Source: Paramecium tetraurelia (Eukaryota). From it: DNA of 38,558 nt. Within the stretch, counting starts at the first letter, position 1. Each line of letters opens with the position of its first letter. This document shows, piece by piece, positions 24,987 to 38,558 of the stretch. The stretch covers positions 523,887 to 562,444 of the forward strand of contig CT868141.1 of assembly GCA_000165425.1 (NCBI GenBank), read 5' to 3'. Below the pieces are notes generated by a model. That model ran no database searches. It was not told where the DNA came from and was given only the letters and a program-made list of their open reading frames with translations. The translations under genes and the position numbers were made by a program.

Positions 24987-27900
24987 ATGAAAAATAAAAT
25001 ATAAATTATGATTAACTCATAATAATATGACGAACACTAGAATTCGTAGAGATTTGATACTCAATTTAATAAATAGAATTAGACTCTATTGAGACTACGA
25101 CTATCTTAACAATAATTCAACCATACATGGAAACTATCTGGTTTCAAGATCATTGCGATAGTTCTAAAATTTATATCTGCAATTACTAAGTAAAAATTTT
25201 AAAATTCATTTAACATGCTTAATCATTAATTTTTCAAATTACTAAAGGATAGTACTGCGGATTATCACTATTATTTGTATAGAGGCTATTTTTAACAAGT
25301 TAATCCTTAATCTTATATGAGAAAAATAGATAAAACTTTCAATTTCTTACAATGTAGTTATATTCATTAAAATAGATTTTCGAAGAAATTATATAAAACG
25401 AATCCTGTAGTAATTTTTATTGGAGCCAGATGACATAATAATAATTGTATGGAATATATATTTTTTGTTGATTGTTACAATAAACGTGTTTTATGTTTCA
25501 TTACGATTATCATTCATAGAAATTGCCGAGATGAATTGGGATTTAAAAGATTTCATATTTGAGTAATTACCAAGTTATTCTTTAATATTCGAAATTATTA
25601 TAAAATTTAACACTTGCATTTACAGTAAAGGAGTGCTCATAAAAAACAGAAAGAGATTAATAAAGAGATATCTCAAGCGAGAATTTCTGATTGATATGCT
25701 TTTAATAATCCCATTTTTTATTGGAAGACAGTTAGATTTTTTTTATCTAGATCTAGTAATTCTACTGAAAATGATTTAAATATCCAAATTAACTTACTCA
25801 TTATTTAATCGTTTAGAATTGACAAAGTTGTAAACAACTATTTTTGAGCTTGTCAAATTAATGTATAAAATCATTAATAAAAAGTTTTTTCATCTTGCTT
25901 TGTGCACATTTTTCAGCATGTATTTGGCATAAATTAGGAACCTGGGGAAATTGGGGAAATATAACTTCAGTAACCTGGCTTAAATAACAATAACTTTAAG
26001 ATTCCTTGTGGATTGATAAATATATAGTATCTTTTTATTGGAGTATAGTGACAATGACAACGATTGGTTATGGGGATATCACTCCTGTAAATTTGACTGA
26101 AAGGCTATTCTGTATTATAATGACATTAATATCAACTGCAACCTTTGCTTATTCCGTCAATAGTATCGGATAAATATTTCAAGAAATGTCTAAACAATCA
26201 TCTTAGTTCAAAGCCAATATGAATAGCTTAAATAAATACTTAAAAAGTTAAAAAGTATCGCCAACTTTGCAAATTAAGTTCAGAAGATATTTTGAATATT
26301 TTTGGAGTAAACCTTCTTAAGAACTAATTTAATTTCAAGATCAGATTCCTTAACAATTAAAAAATTAAATGATTGTAGAAATTAATATTAAATTGCTAAA
26401 ATAATTAGATATTTTTAAGTAGTTTAGTAGCTCTATATTGAATACACTTTGTCTGTAATTCTAAGAATAACAATTATAACCTGATGAATATCTATTTAAG
26501 TCAAATTATAGAGCTGATAAATTATATATTTTTGTAAATGGTCAAATTTAATTATAAATTTTGATCAATAATAAAAAAAGTCTTATTGAAAAAATAAAAA
26601 CTCCTTGTTTGGTTGGCTAGTTGAATTTTTTTCTTAATACTGAATATAATTTTGAGGCTATTGCAACTAAAAATACAAAGATATTAACAATTGATCGAGA
26701 ATCTTTGATTGCAATTGTGAAATAGAGTGATATTGATTATGTATAATATTATGTAACTAAAAGGAAATTTATAAAAACTTTGAAGATGATGTAAAACTAT
26801 GTAATAAATATGACAAAATCTCGAATAAATGTTCAATTTGTAGTAGATCTAATCATTAAGTACTATATTGCCCATTTTTTAGAGGATGTATAAGCAAAAC
26901 AAAAGTTTTGTATCATCTAAGACATAATATATTTTAACATAGATAGTTCTAATCAAGAAACAATGAATATAGAAGAATATCAACTAAATAATATCAATTT
27001 CATATCATGGAAAGTGTATTACAATATATAATGTAAAACGATGAACTCTGTAGTCTGGAAGGAATCAAAAAATGTAATTTTTGAGCTTAAACTAGAATTC
27101 CAAGCAGTCATGAAATAGTAATAATAATATGAAGAAAAACTGTTTTAAACATAATCGAATCAATTAACTAATTAAATATCTCTGTCTTAAAATATACCAA
27201 TAAATTATAAATCTAATTCTTCATAATTCTAAAATCAGAATTTCTAAAAGAATAATTCTATAATCTAAAACCTCGAGGTGCTTTCAGAAAAACAAAATTA
27301 ATTTGGAATTTTAAGCAAAACTTAGGATATTAGATTGATAACAACTTTGAATAATTAAAGAATTTAACCAATATTAGAAGAATCATAAAAAGCGGAAGGA
27401 AAAGACGATGGAAATAATATAACAGTTAACATCAGCCAATAATTTCCATAAATTAATAAATAAGAAAATTCAATCTTACCATCAAATGAGACAGGTAGCA
27501 ATGACCCATATTGGATTCAATAAAGAAGTGAATAAAAGTGTCATTCTATGAAATGGAATTTTGAAAAACAAAGGACTGAATATGTTTGCTAGAAAAATCA
27601 ACTGTAATCGTTTAAGAGTTTGCATTCTGAAAGAGAAGATTATTGTGAAAAATTTCCTAAATAATTTGGATTTAATAAACTAGTAATTGCAACATAAATG
27701 CAGAAGAAAGAGATTCAGGAATAACAGATGACAAAGAATAGTTTAAATGATTACATTTACTCAATTGAAAAGCTATAGGAAAAGATCTAAAGTCGAGCAA
27801 ATAAATTAGAAGAATCACATTTTGGGGTTGAAAATTAAATGAGTCAATCTGTTAGAAATAGTACCCCTAAATCTAATATTGAGATTTCCTAGGTTAACAT

Positions 27901-28507
27901 AAATAATGACTAATAGTAATCTTAAGAAAAAGATTTTACAAATTAATTTCTAGAAGATTTGATGATCAAAAATAAATTAAGATTTGTTGAGAAATAAGTC
28001 TCATTTTAAGAATCTAAATAAAATTAACACCTCCATTTTCCAGAATAAGAATTCAAAGCATTAGAATAGAGTATGATAACTTAATATGAAAAATTAAAGT
28101 AAAAGGAAGAACAGTTAAAGCAATAGATAGATAGACAACAAACAGTAATATCTCATAATAAGGAGTAAAGACAGTAATGATACAAAAAAAATAAAATATA
28201 GAGGATTAGGAATTAAGATAACCTCTGATGATTCATCAGATGAAGATTCTGATGGGCAAAAATTAATTAGAGGATAATATCTTGAAATTTTTAATGGTTT
28301 TGAAAGAGTTTAGGAATACCAGGGATATTATCCAAATAATAATATATCTCAAATTCTCCTTTAGGTATGTAATTATAATTATTATTTTAGTTTTAAAAAA
28401 ATGAGTACAGAGAGCATAATTTTATGAAGAAGAGAAATGTAAAAAAAGATACAATCATGAATCTACTCAAGCAAGCATAGAATATGATTCGTAAAAGTTA
28501 ATAATGA
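24987..28507 (+). CDS. Voltage-gated/cyclic-nucleotide-binding K+ channel (EAG/HCN/CNG-like ciliate family)
   Basis: S1-S6 hydrophobic segments, AHFSACIW, pore YWSIVTMTTIGYGDITP (~26040-26085), C-linker RRYFEYFW, CNBD, then CSICSRSNHQVLYC and a long low-complexity tail. Introns at about 25354-25375, 25863-25884, 26741-26763, 27074-27095 and 28365-28390, possibly more. Start ATG is 24987 or 25008. Confidence 0.88.
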
Positions 28508-30671
28508 TTTATATGATATTCTTACCTCTCTATCCTTAATTTGGATTTGAGTAATTATTATATTTTTTTGTGGTTATTAAATCAAAAATTGTTTAATTAA
28601 GTTATTTACTTTATTATCATCTTTTTTAAATAAATTACAGTATATTTTAGTGTTTAAAAAATATAATTGAAGTAAGTATTATTAGGTAAATTTGAAAGTA
28701 AAATATGTGAATATAATAATAAAGGCTCTTTGGCTATAATATGAAAGATTCAGGCAATTCAAATTTAATTTAAGTATGAATTTTATTACTTTTTAAGAAT
28801 TGATAGATGACTATCTACTATCTCAATTAGCTTTATTATTTGAAAGATATTAAAATAATAACGTAAGGGAATAAGAAATGTATTATCCAATACCAATTTT
28901 CCATCTCAAACAAAACATATAAAAGGTGCTATCTTTAAACTACAAACTAAGTTATTGAAACTATCATAATAAATATTTAGTTTACTTGTAAAGATTCTTA
29001 TTTAGTATGACTATACAATAATTTGAAAAGATGGGAAGGGGAAATTATTTTTGAAGTTATTCAAATTTTATAAGGCTTTGTAAATAGAAAAAAGATATAA
29101 TTTTACCAATCTTGTAGCTAGAATAGTGATTCCAAAAAAAAATTATCACCATGGGGTCATAAAGAGGCAAAACTCATACAGTTTAAAGAATTTATTCTTC
29201 AGCTTACATAATATTTATTTAATTTTCTATCATTAGAGTTCAATTACTTTTTGAAATTTTCACTTTTTGGGATAAATTCTAGTTCCTAAAATTTCGCTCA
29301 TTTGCCAGGATGAAAACTTTACAAAAAATTACCAAATTTGAAAAACAAATCTGCAAGAATTCCCTAAATTAATATAATCATCAGAACATTAAATGAACTT
29401 TACTAAAAAGTTAAAAAAATCATACTTAAAATATTGGCACTACTAAGTAAAATATATAGCCCAAATGAAAATTGCCTAAAAATTTAGCACTTAATTTCTT
29501 ACTATGTTAATTTTTTGAAGATAAAATTTAGAGAGCTTTGTTAATATATAATTCAAATACAATTTTTGACTTCAGTTATCCATATAGAAAAAGAAACTCG
29601 AAGTCCATAGTTAAGTAGGTTGATGATAATTAGTATATAAAGATCAATATTAACAATTAATTTATAAATGTGTATCTTGACCTAGACCCCTTTTGTGACA
29701 ATTATGATAAATGTTTACATTAGAGTAGTATAATAGAGAGGAAAACGATTCTAGCTTCCACTTCAAACATAAATTAAAAGAATTCAAACAATTAATGACA
29801 AAATCAAGTTACAAAAGTGAAATTTATCGCAAAGATGAGAAAGAATTAAACATAAATGTAAGGACCATTATTAATCACTAATAGAAGCAGTTTCTAAAAC
29901 ACTAATATAGGAAAGCACGAAAGAATTTAAATGGAAACTAAATTGAAATTGAGATTTCATTCTTTAATTCTTCAACTTTTGTTACTTTTAACAATATTTG
30001 ATATATCCTATTTAATATTTCGATTAATCGAGCATCTTAATATTACGTCTTATCATATGTTTAGGAATTAAGAAAATTCAATTATATGAAAGCAAGTCAA
30101 GGAACCAAATTATTATTGAATGTTTTCATATTTGAGAGAGGTAGTCATAACTCAAATTTTAAACTGTTATCTTTAGGCAATAAATTGGTAGATAATTAAT
30201 TCTCAGAATTAAGATGGCTTAAAAAGATTTTGGCTTCAATATACAAGAATGAATAAAAACCTTAAAATCAAAGAATTGAATGACCAAAGAGTTTGGCTAA
30301 ACTATTATTATATATAAAAAGTGTCAAAACATAAATGAAAATTCCAGTGTTTTTATCTCTATCTAAAAGAAAAATAATTTATGTTAAAATCAGGTTTTTG
30401 GAATTTATTTTTATAATAATATTTTCTTTTTGGAATCTCAAAATAACAGATAGACCCTGCTTATTATTATAAGCACATCTTAAGAAGTTGATAAAGAAAA
30501 TCTTGACCACATATCTTAAAGTTTGACTTAATTTGGAGTTAATAATTGTTTAGAGTGTTTGAGCACAATCTTTTTGTGCATAAACAACTATAATAAGATA
30601 TATTAAACCATTCTAAAAAACATTAGAGAATTTGATGATTTTAAAGCTAAAACCCATGAAATGGATTTTAA

Positions 30672-33600
30672 ATGATATTTAAAAATTTCTATAATTTATA
30701 GTTTATCCTATTTCTATTGATAAGTAGTCAGGAAATCTCAAAAAAATGCATTTGTGGACATGTTTTTAGTTAAACTTAATGCGAAAACTCCGGTTTTTGC
30801 ATCTGGAAGAATGGGGTTTGCTTTTTAAACTATGGTCGAGCATACATTTCAGAGAATTAGGATGAGAGCACATGCAAAAATTTCGCCGAAGAAGATTGTA
30901 GAATATAGAAGTAATGTGGTTTTCATCTGGGAAATTGTATAAGCTTTGTTGACTGCATCGTATTCAACAAAGAGTAATGCTACCAATCTTCCTATAGATG
31001 TGTTTCTGATGGGAAAAAGTGTGTTGAAATGTTGGAATGTAACAACTACAAAACAGAGTTAGGATGTGCAAATAAGAATTAAAAGGGAGGTTACTGTTTT
31101 TGGGTTTAGGAGATGGAAAAACAATGTCGAGATGTTGCTATGTGTGAAGAACTTCCAAATTATTTAGTTAGTCATATGATGTGTAAATAAGGTCTAGATG
31201 GTTGTACTGTAAATGAATAGGGTTATGGATGTATTAAATAAAAAGAATAATGCACTAAATACATCAATGATTTTTAATGCTTTGAAAGTAATAAAAAATC
31301 ATAAAACTGCTTTTGGGATTTAAAAAATAATAAATGTGTTGAGAAAGTATGCGAAAATCTACCTTTTTTTTAAGATTATGAATGTAAATCATATTTAAGT
31401 GAATGTACTTCAAATGGAGTTCATTGTATATAAAGAGGATAATGTAGCGATGCTGAGAATAGAATTGCTTGTGTTACAGATTCTTAGGGAAATAAATGTG
31501 AATATCATAAAAATTAATGTAAAATCAAAAGCTGTGAGACTGCTTCGGATTCACTTAAAAATTATCAATAATGCTAGGAGTATGACAATTTGTTAGATTG
31601 TGTTAACTCTGAAAATGGAGGATGTAAATAAAGACCTTAAACATGTGAAGGTTATTTTGGCTTAATCGACTGTTACTCAATTCAATCAGAGGATTGTATA
31701 TGGTATAATAATCGCTGTGCAAAAAGGGAATGCTTTCATGCTCCACTTTATTATAGTCATTAAGATTGTAAGAAGTATGGAAATTGTATAGGCAAAGCAG
31801 GTGGTGGATGTTAATAGACGCCAGAAGTTTGTGATGAGATCTTATAAGAATAATTTTGTGAATTTGATTATAATAAATAAAGATGTTTTTGGCTAGAAGG
31901 AATATGCATATTGTTTGAATGTAGTATATTGAAATTGCCAACTTACAAAAGTCATGAAATATGTCAAGAGGCAAGTTCAAATTGTACATTTAATATAGAT
32001 ACCTTGGGTTGTAAAGAATATTTATGTGAAAATATCTAAGAAATCGAATTTTGCGAAATTGATTCAAAAGGGACGATATGCTCTATCAATGAAGGATGTA
32101 TAGACAAAAAATGTTTAACTGCTCCACCAAATTATGATAGTAATTAATAATGCGAAGAATGGTTACCATATTGCACAGTTAATGTTTAAGAATTATCAAA
32201 TTCAAAAGTATTAATTGGATGTGTTAATAAAAAAAAGGAATGCTAATTTGCCCTTAAAGAACAATGTCATTCTACGTTTTCAGGAGTTAAATGTAAATGG
32301 GATAATGTAGGTAAAAAGTGCGTTTCTCAAATTTGCACTGATGCAGATCCTAACATATTCTAAACAAATACAGATTGCAACTCATTTAAAGTGGATGAGG
32401 GTACTTGCATCATAGGAACCTCTGGCTTTGGATGTTAACTATGGTTGACAAGTTGCAATGATTTGATAAGCTAATAATAGTGTGAATTAAATCTTTAAGA
32501 CGAAACCAAATGTTTTTGGACTGGTAGTTTTTGTAAAATATTAGAATGTTCTGATGCTTCTAGAATTGATTATACAAATAATATTGAATGCAATACTTGG
32601 CTTGATTATTGTATCTATAATTCTACATTAGGAGGATGCATGGATAGACCAAGCTCTGTTGCTTGTACATCCTCTCCAAATGATTTGATGTATGATACTC
32701 ACATTGAATGCTAAGCATGGAATCCTAAATGCACTGTCATATCCTCTTTTAATCCAGAAGGTTGTGAATTAAAAAAGACAAAATTGCTCTGATTTACATC
32801 AGGTAAAGAAATTGCAAAACTAATTTTGCCGGTTAACATTGTTATTGGGATGATATATTACAGAAATGCAAGGGACAGAATGGTGATACAGATTGTAGCA
32901 TGAGAGTTTATGGAGATCTAACACATTAGAATTGTGAAAACTTTTTATAAAAATGTACAACATGGGATATTGGTAATAGAACTTGTGTATCACTATCAAG
33001 TAAGTGTGATTATAATTTGGAATAAAAATGTGTAATCACAAAAAGTTGGTAACCCTGCAAATGGGATTTAAAAAATAGAATTTGTAAGGATGTAATCTGT
33101 AGTGATAATTTGACTGCTAAAACTGAAGCTGAATGTTTAAATTTTAGAAAATTATACTAGTGTCAATTAAAGATATAATCTAACGGGACTTTTGGGCCAG
33201 GATGTGAGGCCAGACCCACAAATTGCACTTTGATTACAAATCCTGTAATATGTAAATTAACTTTAACGCTCTCAAATGAAAAATGCTATTTTTTTAATTC
33301 TAAATGTTAGTCTGTACCATCTCAATAGTGTGAAGTTATTCAAGATAGTAAAAGCAATGAGGTTTGTTAATTATATAATCCCTACTGTGTTTTATAATCA
33401 AGTGGATAAGGATGTTACTCGATTTCAAGTTGTTCAGATTTATCGAGTAATATATGTAGGAGTGCAATAATGAAATTTAATATTAAGTGTTCATATAATG
33501 GAGTGTGCGGAGTGAAAGATAATTGCACTAATATATCACACAGTAATTGCGATGGCGAGAAAACAGAATTAGGATAATTATGTTACTCTTACACAACATG

Positions 33601-36600
33601 TTATAAAAAAAATGAGTGTTATTATCATTGTGCTTAATAAACAAGACAAAAGAATTTACTATATGATAATACAACATCAATTCCATAGAGGAGCAAATAA
33701 TGCTAAGACTATTCATCAAATTATATATATGTTATTAGTTGTTAGTGCTGTCAAAATATAAGTAACTGCAGTCAACAATTAGGAGATTAACAATTATGTA
33801 ATTCTTCAACTTTAAATTCTAAATAAAAATGTGGATATAATTCTTAGACTAACACTTGTGAAATTAGAAAATGTGAGCATATAACTTATGTAAATTCTCC
33901 TGTTATTTCAGATTACATTTGTTTTGATTGGATGCCTAATTGTGTTCTTGATGCTATTGGTTGTATAACTTACACAGGGAATTGCACATTAATAAAATTA
34001 ATTTAATAATGTTATTAAGAGAATTGCTATTGGTAAGATGGTAAATGCGTAAATGATGTTGATTGTCAAATTAATACAACTGCTGTTACAACTCGTGAAT
34101 GCCTATTAGTAAATGCTAATTACTGCAGATTTAATTATACGAAGGGTTTAGGATGCTCTTTTTATAATTGTTATGATATCAAGAAAGAAATAATATGTAC
34201 TTCATCAAATCTCGTTGATGGATAAAATTGTAAATGGGTAAATGGTTCTTGTTCTCCTCGTTCTTGCGTAGATTATACACTATAAGCTGATTGTGAAAGT
34301 AGTTATGGCTCAAATGGTTTTGCAATCACAAAATGTTTTTGGTGTTTACTAAATTCCGAAAAATGCTCCAATAACAAATATTGCAATTCCACTACTATGG
34401 TTTCACCTAATTCGCATCAAGATTGCAACAGTGTAAATAGCTTGACTACATTAACTTTTTAATCAACTATAATATGCATAATAAAAAGTCTATTATGCTC
34501 AAATTATATCAATGAAGGTGCTTGTTTTAGCACAATTAATGGTGTAGACTGTTATTGGAATGGTAGTAGTTGTTAAAATAAATGTGAAGCAATAATTACC
34601 TTCCCTACTACAAACTAATAGTGTTATGATTGGAATGCTAATTGTATGTTAAACGGGTCCTCATGTTAATTATTAAATTGTTCGCTTCTAGTAGTAATGC
34701 CAGATTGTAATATTTATACTACAAAATGTTTTTGGAATGGGTCGAGCTGCAATACTATTGGTGCGTGTAGCTTATATTCTACTAGTACATTATGCTCAAA
34801 TACAAGTGATTCAAAAGGAATTCCTTGCTTCTGGGATGGTATCTAATGCCTAGAAAAAACCTGTTTCAATATACCTACAGCTCCATCCTCTAATGTAGAT
34901 TGCAATAGTTGGCTTACCAATTGTTAGTTTAATTCCAATACTAATTAATGCGTTGAAGATTGTACTTCTGCAGATAATTCATATGTCACACATGATTAAT
35001 GTGAATCTTACTATTTCAACAAAAAATGCACTGTCAAGCTTGATATTATTTAATGTGTAGACCTTCCATTTACATGTGGTTTAGCGAAAGAGATGCAATG
35101 TTATTTGGATAGGTATGGTAATTAATGCTACTATTCAATATTAACACATACATGTTTAGTTTTAACATGTTCAAATTTGGATTCAGATTTTACAACTCAT
35201 AAACAATGTAATTAAATATTTGAATAGTGCACAGTAAATAATACCTTGAGTGGATGTTAATAATTGAATGATTGCAATAGTTATTTAATTCAAGAATAAT
35301 GTTATGTTGATTAAAATAAAATTGAATGCGAATGGATTTAGAGCAAAAATAAATGTACAATGAAGGAATGCTCATCAGCCTAATTAAATTTATATACAGC
35401 ACATAGTTGTCGTTAGTATTTTGGGGATTTGTGTTCTGTAAATAAAAACTTAAATGGATGCGAAACTGGTTAATCGTTTTGTCTGGATTATAACTATAAG
35501 TAATGCATAAGTGATGGATAAATAAACTTAAAAGGAGTAGAGTGTTTCTGGAATCAAGATAAAAGTACCTGTTAAGAACGGATATGCGTAAATGGACCTT
35601 CAAATGCTTCAACTCATTCAGAATGTGCAAATTTCCTTTCAACTTGTCAAAAAGGAGGATGTCGTGTTAAAGGGTGTTTTGATTATTAATACGCAATAGA
35701 TTCAGCTTGTGCATCCATATTTGAAGATAGTAGGTGTGTAACAAATGGAATGCGATGTGTTTTAAGAAAGGAATGCAAAGATATAGTTATAGAGGATGGA
35801 TGTAAATTTGATATTAATTTAAATCCTTGTGTTTGGATTGATGAAAAGTGCCATTCTAAAACCTGCTAGACTGCATCAGTTGCTCTCATTAACCATGAGG
35901 AGTGCAATTCGTATTTACCATATTGTACAGTTAAATAAGGCGGAGGATGCACTAACAAATAAAGTTGCAAGGATTATCAAATCTAAGAAGCCTGCTTTAC
36001 AGATAGAGAGAATTTTGAATGTATTTGGGATGCCAATATAAGTAAATGCTTCTCGAATTAATGTACTCATTTCTGCGGCGATGGGATTGTTACAGGATAG
36101 GAGGAATAATGTGATGATGGTAATTACTTTCCATATGATGGTTGTTATAAATGTCAAGTTTAATGCTCGTAAGGATGTAATATATGTAAAGGCATGATAT
36201 GTTAAGAATGTAATAAAAATGGATGGTTATTAGTTGAAGGTGTCTGCAATTCCAAATGCGGTGATGGTATTGTAGTAGGAAATGAATAATGTGATGATGG
36301 AAATAACTTTAAATTTGATGGCTGTTATTAGTGTTCTTATTAATGTGATGAGATGTGTTTAGATTGTTTTCAAGGTCAATGTATTTTATGTTAAGAAGGA
36401 TATGTAGAAGATGGATATTAATGTAATAATATTTGTGGAGATGGGTATTTGGTGTAGCAAGTCGAATAATGTGACGATGGTAACCATTTAAATGCTGATG
36501 GATGTAGTGATAATTGCAGAATTGAGAAAGATTGGAAATGTTAAACCGAAAATGATGTTAGTTTTTGCTACTATGCAATTCGACCTAAAATTATATTGAA

Positions 36601-38167
36601 TAAGCTAACTAAAGCCGATACAAGTTATCAAGAGTTCAAATTATCATTTTCTGAACCTGTGTGCTTTAATGAAAAAGACATTAGTGAAGAGCAGTTCCTG
36701 TAGTTGATTTTTATTTAAATAATAGATGCCAAAAATAATCAATATGATATTGAAATCAAGCCGATAATCTCTATCACTACTGAATTAGCAGACGTAGCCT
36801 ATAAAATATTAATCAATTTCAAAACAAATGTCAAAGATCCTGTTTTAAAAGTTATAATTAACAATGACAACATAGTAAATAGTTAAGGTAACACTTTGTT
36901 CTCAAAAGAAGCAAAATTGGAATTCAGGTCCCCTTACAAGTTGTCAGATTTTTAAATGTCTCTTATTTCTAAAACTTCCATGCTTAGTAGGATTGTATTG
37001 TATTTCATAATATTTGTTAGTGGAATTTCTTTTTTATCAGGGAATTTAGAGATTTTATGGAATCTCCTTGATCTTCTATAGCAATTGTCATATATAAAAT
37101 TTCACAATGTTGAGTTCCCATAAAACTTAGAAAGTTATTTTTAAATCTTTACTATTGGCTCATTTACCCCTATATTTGGTACAATTTAGTTAGATCAGAA
37201 TTTACAAGACCTATTTAATTATTAAACTCCAGTCATTTTAGCAAAATGGAAATTTGAATACTATTAAATTAATTGTTACTTTTTGTATAACTTCCAAACT
37301 CTTTTAATCATGTTAATTATGGGATTTACTTATTACATATTTTCTTATTTATTTTTAAAATTCCTAGTTTTAAGCAATTATTAAAATTGGCCAGCTATCT
37401 ATAAAAAAAATTATTACTACAAGGCAACCAAATTTATTTTTTTCATTTAGAGATTAGCAAGACACTATTATTAGTATTTTATTTACTCTGGATTAATCAG
37501 AATTTTTACATCTAACTTTTATGAATTGACGTACGCATCTATTTTATAATTGGTAAATTTTAATACAGAAACCACTTTAAAAGCAATAATATCCTATTTA
37601 GCTCTTCTTACATTGATATGCAATGCATTTTTGTTATTCAGTTTTTGTTTTTATCTGAGCAAAAAGAATGTAGTTGCAAAGAATTTATCTGTATTAGTGG
37701 AAGGAATTAAGGACCAAACTAATTAAAGAACTAAATAATATTTTACTATTTTATTGATAAAAAAAACATTATTCATTCTAAATTTAGTAGTGATGTAAGG
37801 TCTTGTGGAGGCTTAAAGCCTTCTTTCAGCTTTTATATCTGGAGCATTCTTTTTTTATTGTTGTATTTATAAACCTTTTAGGAATCGTTTTGAAAATCTC
37901 AAAATAATAATTACGGAAGTATTGATTATGCTTAATGTTTCTCTCTTTTCTTTATATGAAATTTTGAAATTAAATCAGAACAAAGAGTCAGCTGAAATTT
38001 TAGGATGGATTAATATAAGTGGTTTCACTCTGATTCTTCTATCAACCTTAGCCATTGATATATACCAATCATTTTTGTAGCATACTAAGTTTATAATTAC
38101 TAAAGTCAAGAAGTGCTTAAAGATCGAGAAAAAGAAATCAGAAAAATCTAGGTTTCTTTTTTTTTGA
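30672..38167 (+). CDS. Giant cysteine-rich surface protein: Paramecium-surface-antigen-like repeats, three CGDG..CDDGN repeats and a multi-pass membrane C-terminus (~2500 aa; frame broken near 32780-32795)
   Basis: N-terminal MIFKNFYNLQFILFLLISSQ; many CxW/CFWD Cys-periodic repeats; CGDGIVTGQEEQCDDGNYFPYDGC-type repeats (~36070-36520); membrane region from GNLEILWNLLDLLQQLSYIKF to LGWINISGFTLILLSTLAI; TGA 38165-38167. Confidence 0.85.
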
Positions 38168-38558
38168 TTTATAATTACAAAAATCATTAATATCTATTAT
38201 GTTCGAACTCTAATATCAAAATATTATATATTAAAATATCTCGAAATAACTATAATTTTTCTACTGAATATTTTCTAAGTAACACACCAAGTTATTTTAT
38301 TTTGAGAAATAAAATTACTAAGTAGAACAATAAATTTGTATAGTTGAGTAATTATAAATCTTTTTCATTATAAAATTAAAAATAAAGAAGAAGCTAAAAA
38401 TTTGAAAAATATAAAGAGTTCGAACTGTCTATTTTGAAACAGCCTTTTATTACAGATAAAAAAAATATTCTCTCTGAAAATTTAAAAGTAGTCTAAGTAA
38501 AATAGTTAATTGCATTTTGATAGGGTTATCCGCGCCCAGTATGGCTGGCTACTAACGC

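Noticed and set aside
28560..30660. Short open stretches (e.g. ~29011-29313, KRWEGEIIFEVIQ...) between the channel and surface-protein genes
   Set aside because: No ATG or motif, and lengths are compatible with chance in a one-stop code; possibly decayed remnants.
31399..38187. Standard-code ORFs in the track (e.g. 31603-31989, 35190-35642, 35915-36157, 37975-38187)
   Set aside because: They are antisense or off-frame shadows of the large cysteine-rich gene; the same applies to 9582-9800, 15255-15491 and 15664-15849 over other genes.
38523..38558. GC-rich 36-nt stretch at the window end (possible ncRNA or gene start, ATG at 38541)
   Set aside because: Too short and truncated; no convincing tRNA, 5S or snRNA match.
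1..38558. CRISPR arrays, telomeric repeat tracts, rRNA/tRNA genes, retained IESs
   Set aside because: None seen; IESs cannot be called from TA boundaries alone without a germline/soma comparison.

Overview
AT-rich ciliate macronuclear-type DNA, most likely Paramecium. Genes read only in genetic code 6 (TAA/TAG = Gln, e.g. RIK[TAA]VLMN in a histidine-kinase N-box and DEV[TAG]DF in a helicase Walker B; TGA = stop) and carry tiny 22-29 nt GT..AG introns, so the supplied standard-code ORF track is largely uninformative. In order: a 5'-truncated hybrid histidine kinase/receiver gene, an arginine kinase pseudogene, a coiled-coil protein, a Ser/Thr kinase, a ~2090-aa TRANK1-like SF1 helicase-TPR protein, a CCCH-zinc-finger/vWA/alpha-kinase, a ~6.7 kb gene-poor zone with an assembly gap, a pectin acetylesterase/Notum-family esterase, a cyclic-nucleotide-binding K+ channel and a ~2500-aa cysteine-rich multi-pass surface protein. 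The most unusual signal is a G-rich island at ~20040-21660. One frame looks protein-coding for ~450 codons yet holds 12 in-frame TGA codons in Trp-like contexts plus ~20 TAA/TAG codons, as if all three stop codons are sense there. All translations and counts were done by hand; no database searches were run.
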